Positions 54,823 through 62,293 of a DNA stretch of 64,000 bases are shown here, piece by piece; positions within the stretch are counted from its first letter, which is position 1, and each line of letters begins with the position of its first letter. A model generated the notes under the pieces. The model was not told where the DNA came from. It saw only the letters and a program-made list of their open reading frames with translations, and did no database searches. The position numbers and the translations under genes were made by a program. This DNA is from an uncultured Bacteroidota bacterium. Its GTDB lineage: Bacteria; Bacteroidota; Bacteroidia; Chitinophagales; Chitinophagaceae. The stretch spans positions 118,591 through 182,590 of the forward strand of contig CAVQGO010000018.1 in the NCBI GenBank assembly GCA_963712045.1, read 5' to 3'.

Positions 54823-56298
54823 ATGGGTAAACCAACAGGGTTTCTGGAGTATAACCGTGAACTGCCTTCTAAACGTCCTGTACAGGAAAGAAGAAAGGAT
54901 TACAATGAATTTGTGAATTTGTATGAACCGGAACAATTGAACAAACAGGCGGCCCGCTGTATGAACTGCGGCATTCCTTTTTGTCACCATGGATGTCCGC
55001 TTGGAAATGTGATTCCTGAATTTAACGATGCCGTATACCGCAAAGCCTGGCAGGATGCCTATGATATCCTGGTTACAACAAATAATTTCCCTGAATTTAC
55101 CGGCAGAATTTGTCCGGCTCCCTGCGAAACCAGTTGTGTGCTGGGCATCAATCAGCCTGCGGTTACCATCGAAGAGATCGAAAAGCATATAATTGAAATC
55201 GCTTTCGAAAAAGGTTTTGTAAAAGCAAAACAACCCAATATCCGAACAGGGAAAAAAATTGCTGTCGTTGGCTCAGGACCTGCCGGTCTGGCTGCCGCCG
55301 CTCAATTAAATTCGGCCGGTCATACTGTAACTGTTTTTGAAAGAGATGATGCTCCCGGTGGTTTGCTGAGATACGGTATCCCCGACTTCAAGCTGGAGAA
55401 ATGGATCATCGATCGCAGAATCAACCTGCTTGAACTGGAAGGTGTTGTGTTCCGTTGCAATACAAACGTTGGTGTGGATATCAACATCGATGAATTAAAC
55501 CGTGATTTTCATGCGATCATATTATGTGGCGGATCTACTATTCCAAGGGATCTTCCAGTACCGGGCCGGGAACTGAAAGGAACTTATTTCGCCATGGATT
55601 TTCTGAAACAACAAAATAAAAGAGTTCGTGGTGTTCCGGTATTGGAAGAAGATATTTTCGCTACCGGAAAAAATGTAATCATCATAGGAGGTGGTGATAC
55701 AGGAAGTGATTGCGTCGGAACATCAAATCGGCAGGGTGCGAAAACCATTACACAATTTGAATTGCTTCCACAGCCGCCAAAAGAAAGAACTGCATATATG
55801 CCCTGGCCAACATTCCCTATGATTTTAAAAACAACCTCATCGCACGAAGAAGGTGTTGAAAGGCAATGGGCGATGGCCACAAAGGAATTTATTAGTGATG
55901 AAAAAGGAAATCTGAAAGCGCTCAAAATTGTCCAGCTGGACTGGAAAATGGCAGATGACGGCAGGCCGGCAAAATTTGTGGAAGTACCCGGATCGGTACA
56001 AAAGATCCCCTGTGAATTAGCACTACTGGCGATGGGATTCGTACATCCCCAACAGGAAGGACTTGTGAATGAACTTGGGCTGGAACTCGATGAACGCGGC
56101 AATGTAAGGGCGGCAGAAAAATCCTATCAGACCAATATCAGGAAAATATTTGTTGCCGGCGATATGCGCAGAGGTCAGTCACTGGTCGTTTGGGCAATCA
56201 GCGAAGGCAGGGAATGTGCCCGTAAAGTAGATGAATTCCTTATGGGGTCTTCATTGCTTGAAACCAAAGATCATTCATTGATTGGAGTGACTTATTAA
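54823..56298 (+). CDS. gltD: Glutamate synthase small subunit
   Basis: MGKPTGF, RCMNCGIPFC, GRICPAPCE, GSGPAGLAAA, GDMRRGQSLVVWAI. Confidence 0.98.
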   Translation: MGKPTGFLEYNRELPSKRPVQERRKDYNEFVNLYEPEQLNKQAARCMNCGIPFCHHGCPLGNVIPEFNDAVYRKAWQDAYDILVTTNNFPEFTGRICPAPCETSCVLGINQPAVTIEEIEKHIIEIAFEKGFVKAKQPNIRTGKKIAVVGSGPAGLAAAAQLNSAGHTVTVFERDDAPGGLLRYGIPDFKLEKWIIDRRINLLELEGVVFRCNTNVGVDINIDELNRDFHAIILCGGSTIPRDLPVPGRELKGTYFAMDFLKQQNKRVRGVPVLEEDIFATGKNVIIIGGGDTGSDCVGTSNRQGAKTITQFELLPQPPKERTAYMPWPTFPMILKTTSSHEEGVERQWAMATKEFISDEKGNLKALKIVQLDWKMADDGRPAKFVEVPGSVQKIPCELALLAMGFVHPQQEGLVNELGLELDERGNVRAAEKSYQTNIRKIFVAGDMRRGQSLVVWAISEGRECARKVDEFLMGSSLLETKDHSLIGVTY

Positions 56299-56464
56299 GC
56301 TTAACGCCTAACGCCTAACGCCTAAGGCTTTTTCGGACGGATTGCACTCAGATAGCAAATAGTTGTATTAATTCAGCACCCCCGAGGTGCTTTTTTGTTT
56401 TAATAAACTTTTATCTCATTTTAATTTTAGGCTTTGGGCGTTAGGCGTTAGGCGTTAGGCTTTG
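56299..56464. repeat. Inverted pair of GCCTAAC/TTAGGCG heptamer arrays enclosing the gltD terminator
   Basis: GCTTAAC GCCTAAC GCCTAAC GCCTAAG (56299-56326) and TTAGGCT TTGGGCG TTAGGCG TTAGGCG TTAGGCT (56427-56461). Confidence 0.88.
56375..56395 (+). terminator. Intrinsic terminator after gltD
   Basis: AGCACC-CCGA-GGTGCT followed by TTTTT. Confidence 0.7.
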
Positions 56465-56501
56465 CTAAGGATAACCCTTAAATTTATAGTAATAAATAAA
56501 T

Positions 56502-57734
56502 ATGGACTATCAACAAATGCTCAATAAAGTTGAGCAATACGCCAGAGATTCCTTTGATCATACGAATTTGAATAATCTCCTTTACCACAATCTCCGGCAC
56601 ACGGAATCTGTAGCATCTTATGCCAAGCAGATTGCCCATCATTACCAACTCGGCGAGCGTGATTATTTTATTGTGGTCGCGTCGGCATGGCTACATGATC
56701 TCGGGTATACTTTAGAAAGAGCGAATCATGAAGCAGAAGGTGCAGGGGCTGCCGGTATATTTCTGGGAAATATCGGTCTGTCAGGCACGGATATCGATTC
56801 TATAAAGGGCTGTATACTGGCAACCAAACTGCCTCAGAATCCGCATAATCTGCTTGAAGAAATAGTTTGCGATGCCGACCTCTACCACCTGGGCACTTCA
56901 CACTTCAGCGAACTCAATAAGTCAATGCGAAAAGAAGCAGAAGATGCGGGCAATACTAAAATATCGAAGGATGACTGGAGAGTAAAAACCATCAATTTCC
57001 TTGAATCGCATACATATCATACAGAATATGCAAAGTTGCTGCTGAACGACCAGAAGCAAAAAAATCTGGAAGAATTAAAGGAAAAATCCGAATCTAAATT
57101 TCAGCAGGATCTGCGTCCCAAATCATCGCTGGCCGTTGGCGAACATACGGATGACACAACGCATCATCATGAAAAACATAAAAAAGACAAGGATAAAAAT
57201 GAGCGACCCGAACGAGGAATAGAAACCATGTTCAGGGTGAGTTCCTCCAATCATCAGCGTTTGAGTGACATGGCAGATAATAAAGCGCATATCATGATCA
57301 CAGTGAATTCGATCATACTGTCAGCCGTGATCAGTTTACTATTGCGAAAACTGGATGAAAATAGCTATTTAATGATTCCGACATTTATGTTACTTGCAGC
57401 CAGTCTGATTACGATTATATTTTCTATTCTCGCAACCCGCCCCACCATTCCGAATGGAATATTTTCCAAAAAGGATATCGAAGAAAAAAAAGTAAATCTT
57501 CTATTCTTTGGTAATTTTTACCGGATGAAGCTTCCCGACTATAAAGAAGGCATGGAAAAGATGATGGCTGACAAGGACTATCTATACGGAAGCCTGATCA
57601 TGGATGGATTTGCGCAGGGAAAAGTATTGGGAAAAAAATATCAGCTGTTGCGAATCTCTTATAATGTATTTATGTTCGGATTAATCTTGTCGGTCATTGC
57701 ATTTATTATTGCATCGGCATTCTATGGAAAATAA
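56502..57734 (+). CDS. HD-domain phosphohydrolase fused to a Pycsar-type transmembrane effector domain (DUF5706/PycTM-like)
   Basis: YHNLRH (28-33), WLHD (H65 D66), HE (76-77), CDAD (D124, D126). The C-terminus has ADNKAHIMITVNSII, two TM helices, NLLFFGNF and KKYQLLR plus a third TM helix, as I recall for PycTM-family domains. Confidence 0.8.
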   Translation: MDYQQMLNKVEQYARDSFDHTNLNNLLYHNLRHTESVASYAKQIAHHYQLGERDYFIVVASAWLHDLGYTLERANHEAEGAGAAGIFLGNIGLSGTDIDSIKGCILATKLPQNPHNLLEEIVCDADLYHLGTSHFSELNKSMRKEAEDAGNTKISKDDWRVKTINFLESHTYHTEYAKLLLNDQKQKNLEELKEKSESKFQQDLRPKSSLAVGEHTDDTTHHHEKHKKDKDKNERPERGIETMFRVSSSNHQRLSDMADNKAHIMITVNSIILSAVISLLLRKLDENSYLMIPTFMLLAASLITIIFSILATRPTIPNGIFSKKDIEEKKVNLLFFGNFYRMKLPDYKEGMEKMMADKDYLYGSLIMDGFAQGKVLGKKYQLLRISYNVFMFGLILSVIAFIIASAFYGK

Positions 57735-58590
57735 CTACCCGAGCTTAATAATTTTTTTTCTCTGTACCCTGGTCGCGACCAGTTCCTGTGAAAGTCAGCA
57801 GCAACCATATACTTCACCGCCCGGCTATAATTTCAACAATCCTAAACGCTTTAAAATGCCAAATGCTCTGAGGGAAATATCGGGGATTGCATTTTATCAG
57901 GGAACCGGCGATACATTGTATGCTGAACAGGATGAAGAAGGCAAGGTATTTCGTTTTAGATTAGGCGATGCAAATATGCAGGTTACCCGGTTCGGGAAAA
58001 AAGGAGATTTCGAAGACATATCCGTCGCCAACAACATTATAATCATGTTAAGAAGTGATGGCGTATTATTTACTTTTCCAATTTCCGAAATGCAGAAAAA
58101 AGCAACGGACAATGTGAAAATATTCGAAGACCTTTTGCCGGATGGTGAATACGAAGGCCTTGCTTCAGATGGTCTGAGCAACAAATTATATGTGCTTTGC
58201 AAACATTGTCGCAACGAAAAAACAAACAAGTGGGGAGGCGGTACCATATTACAAATAGATGCTGCCGGTGTACTAACGCCAGCAGGAAATTTTGAATTGG
58301 ATATTAAGGAAATCGACGCGATTTCTCATTCACGAAAAATAAATTTTCATCCCTCCGCCCTGGCCCAAAACCCGTTAACCAAAGAATGGTACATTCTTTC
58401 CTCCGTTAATAAAATGCTGGTCGTGGCCGACCCAAACTGGAAGGTAAAATCTGTGTATCCCCTGAATCCGTCATTATTCGTGCAACCCGAAGGAATCGCC
58501 TTTGACAGGCAGCAAAATCTTTATATTTCAAATGAACGGGGATTGTCATCGGCCGCTACTATTCTCTTATTTGCCTATAATAAAAATTAA
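57724..58590 (+). CDS. SdiA-regulated/YjiK-like beta-propeller lipoprotein
   Basis: Lipoprotein signal ...LVATSS-C; repeated blades EISGIAF, QDEEG, FEDIS, YEGLA, PSALA, QPEGIAFD..LYISNE. The start overlaps the upstream stop. Confidence 0.7.
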   Translation: MENNYPSLIIFFLCTLVATSSCESQQQPYTSPPGYNFNNPKRFKMPNALREISGIAFYQGTGDTLYAEQDEEGKVFRFRLGDANMQVTRFGKKGDFEDISVANNIIIMLRSDGVLFTFPISEMQKKATDNVKIFEDLLPDGEYEGLASDGLSNKLYVLCKHCRNEKTNKWGGGTILQIDAAGVLTPAGNFELDIKEIDAISHSRKINFHPSALAQNPLTKEWYILSSVNKMLVVADPNWKVKSVYPLNPSLFVQPEGIAFDRQQNLYISNERGLSSAATILLFAYNKN

Positions 58591-58679
58591 TTCGGATCCT
58601 GTGTGAGACGCTGTAACATGAACCCGCGGTATTGTTTATGAGAGTAGCATATATTCGATTATACCGGAACAGCCGAAAA

Positions 58680-61600
58680 ATGAAATCATTCTTATACCTC
58701 TGCACAGGAATGCTGGTTATTCACGCTGCGAATGCGCAGGATTCTGTTTTGCAGAGAGTCATCATGATTGGTGATGCCGGTGAAATCGATAAGGAACAGC
58801 AGGCAGTCATCCCCGCTGCCTCTAATATGGTCATCCCCGGAAAAACTACCGTCATTTATCTGGGTGATAATATTTACCCACGGGGTATGGGTTTGCCAGG
58901 CAGCAAAGAGGAAGAAGACAACTAAAAAGATTCTGCAATCCCAGTTTAATCCGATGCGTAGTAAAGGTGCACCGGTGTATTTCATACCGGGCAACCACGA
59001 CTGGGATAAAGGGGGTAAAAACGGACTGGCTAAAATAAAACAGGAGTGGTACTACCTGGAAGAATTAAACGATTCGCTGTTGAAACTGCTGCCGCCGGAC
59101 GGATGCCCCGGCCCAACGGAAATAAATATTTCTGACGAACTGGTCATTATTGTATTTGACAGCGAGTGGTGGTTATTCCCATTTGATAAAACGAATTTGC
59201 TGGCAGAATGTAATTGCCGCACAAAGAAAGATGTAATACTGCGGATGCAGGAATTATTATATAAGAACCGAAACAAAACCATTTTCCTGGCTTCGCATCA
59301 TCCGTTCCAGAGTTACGGAACACACGGGGGATACTTTTCCTGGAAGGATCATATTTTCCCCCTGACGGCAGCCAACGAAAACCTGTACGTTCCCTTACCA
59401 ATAGTCGGTTCACTGTATCCGATCCTCAGAAAAACTTTTACAAATCCAGAGGACCTTCATCATCCACTGTACAAATCAATGATCAGACAGGTGGATGCCG
59501 TTTTTGACAGTTTTCCCAACCTGATCCATATCGCAGGTCACGAGCACGGACTTCAATTTATAAAGGGTAAACAAATTCAGGTTGTCAGTGGCTCCGGATC
59601 GCAGGAGACCTATGCGAGAAAAACAAAAAATTCTCTTTTTGCAGAATGCAAATCAGGGTTTCGTGACAGCAGATCTTCTGATAAACCGGACCGTTCGTTT
59701 TACATTTTATGAGTACAGGGAAAGTGGCATCGCACCCGTATTCACCTACCGCCAGCCTTACACAGAAATGACTTTTAAAGAAGATTCTGTATATGCTGCC
59801 AGTTTGGAGGACAGTGTCATCAGGAGTGTTCATCCGAGATATGATTATCCCGGAAAATTTCATCGGAAATTATTCGGGGAAAACTATCGCAAGGAATGGG
59901 CCAGGCCGACCAAATTACCCCTGATAAAAATATCCAATTTCCATGGTGGTTTAATACCCCTGCAACGGGGCGGTGGTATGCAATCGAATTCTTTGCGGCT
60001 GGTAGACAGTTCCGGAAATGAATGGGTGATCCGAAGTGTTGAGAAAACGGTTGATTTGTTATTGCCCGAAGCGCTGAGAAGTACTTTCGCCAGGGATTTT
60101 CTGGATGACGTAACCAGCGGTCAGCACCCGTTTTCCGCATTATCGGTGCCTCCGATTGCCGATGCAGTAAAAGTTCCGCATGCCAACCCGGAAATCGGTG
60201 TTATCGCACCTGATAAAAATCTGGGACTATATGAAAGGTATTTTGTAAATACCATTTGCCTTATTGAAGAACGGGAACCTGGTGGAAAATCGGATAACAC
60301 TGGTAAAATGCTGAGTAATCTGGATAAGGATAACGATAATTCAATAAAAGGAAAAGAATTTCAAAGGGCAAGGATGCTGGACATGTTTCTCGGCGACTGG
60401 GATCGACATGAGGACCAATGGAGATGGCATAATACGGACACCGGAAAAGACAAACGATATGAGGCCATTCCCCGTGACCGCGACCAGGTATTCCATATTA
60501 CACAGGGATTACTTCCCAAACTGGCCGCTAGTCCTTATATACTTCCTACTCTTCAGAATTTTAGTGGAAAAGTGGAACATCCGGAGTACTCCGTATTCAA
60601 ATCCCGCTTCCTGAATGCCTATCCCGATATGCAATTCGATTATGAGGACTGGATGAAAATGACTTACCGGTTTAAGGATGATATGACAGACAGTGTACTG
60701 GAAGCTGCATTGCGACGATTGCCAGCCGAGTCATATAAACTGCGACACAAAGAATTATTAACTGAATTGCAGCACCGGCGTGAAGATATGCCCCGTGCGA
60801 TGGAGTACTACTATAAGTTCATCAATAAAATTGCAGACATCAAACTGAGTGATAAGAATGAATGGGTCAATATTCAGGGCACTGCAGATGGTTCGATGCG
60901 CGTGTCCGTCCGAAAAATCAATAAAGATGGAGAAGCGAAAGGTGAACTGATGGACAAGACATTCCAAGCCGGACTGACAAAGGAAATCAGGATTTATACA
61001 GGCGATGGGGACGACAGTGTATCCATTGAAAACAAAACCTCTTCGATAGGCATCCGAATCATCGGACGGGACGGAAGGAAGGTTTACCGGGTTGAAGACT
61101 CGAAAAAAAGAATAAAACTCTATGATAAAGCGGATCCCGTTTTTTATGATGACAGCAACCGATTCATAAAATATATTTCTACCGATACCGCAAATACAAC
61201 ATTTGTACCCGTGAATTTGTATAATGTTACGATGCCTTTGTTAAATATTGCCATAAATCGGGATGACGGTTTGCTGATTGGCGCGGGATATGTACATACG
61301 GCACAGGAGGGTTTTCGTAAATCCCCCTTTGCCAGCCAATATCAGATCATGGTAAATCATTCGTTTTCAACCAGTGCATTCAGTGCAAGCTATAAGGGAG
61401 AATGGACTTCTGTGTGGGGAAAGGCCGATCTGACTCTGCAGGCTTTTGCTTATGCTCCTCAGAATACCCAGAATTTTTTTGGCAGCGGAAATGAAACGGT
61501 TATTAATAAAGCCGGCGACTACAAAACATACTATCGCACACGTTTCAACCTTTATCAGGCGCTCCCTGCACTTCGCTGGAATTTCAATGGGGGACGAAAC

Positions 61601-62287
61601 AGTTTCAGCATGGGCCCTGCGATTCAATATTATCATTTTACGCCGGGCGACAATGAAGGAAGATTTATTCTGCAGCCAGGAGCTGTGAACACCTATGACA
61701 GTAACAGCCTGGGAAGCGACCGCGTCCATGCGGGTATTATATTTAATTATAATCAGGATCTTCGCAATAGTAAACTGATCCCAACCTGGGGCTCTTCGAT
61801 ATCAGTTCAAATGGCCGCATGGCAGGGATTAAATACAGCTTCAAAATCTTATGGACAACTAAAAGCGAGTGTTGCGCTTTTCAAAAGTCTGAACGACCGT
61901 TCCACATTGATATTGGCAGACCGCGTGGGAGGTACTGTGACTGTAGGAAATCCTGCTTTTTATCAGACGGCATATTTAGGCGGACAAGGAAATTTGCTGG
62001 GTTATTCCCAATATCGTTTTTCAGGTCTGAACAGCGTCTTCAATAATCTTGAATTGAGATTAAAGCTCGCAGATTTTGCAAACTATATTTTGCCGGGTCA
62101 ACTGGGGATATTTGCATTTTACGATATCGGACGGGTTTGGGAAAAAAATGACTATTCCCAGCAGTGGCATAACGGAACCGGCATCGGATTGTATTTTTCA
62201 CCCGCACAAATGGCAGTCATACAAATCGTAGCTGCACATTCTGTAGAGGGTTGGTATCCTTATTTTTCTTTAGGGTTCAGATTTTAA
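58680..62287 (+). CDS. Metallophosphoesterase + kinase-like domain + Omp85 (BamA/TamA-like) barrel fusion, about 1200 aa (two apparent +1 frameshifts near 58920 and 59648)
   Basis: Signal peptide; GDAG, GDN, GNHD, SHH, GHEH calcineurin-like motifs; middle GGGMQS...GDWDRHEDQW...PRDRDQ; C-terminal beta strands with YRFSG and NNLELR, ending YPYFSLGFRF. Single-A removals join the three ORFs. Confidence 0.82.
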
Positions 62288-62293
62288 GAGATT

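Noticed and set aside
56504-56511. Third MocR operator (GGACTATC) at the start of the HD gene
   Set aside because: It is the coding sequence for M-D-Y-Q, and the GTAGTCC half-site is absent at the required spacing.
56502-57734. Calling this a complete Pycsar anti-phage system
   Set aside because: No canonical PycC is adjacent and the context is not a defence island. Only an effector-like domain is visible, and the cyclase role of the GAF protein is unproven.
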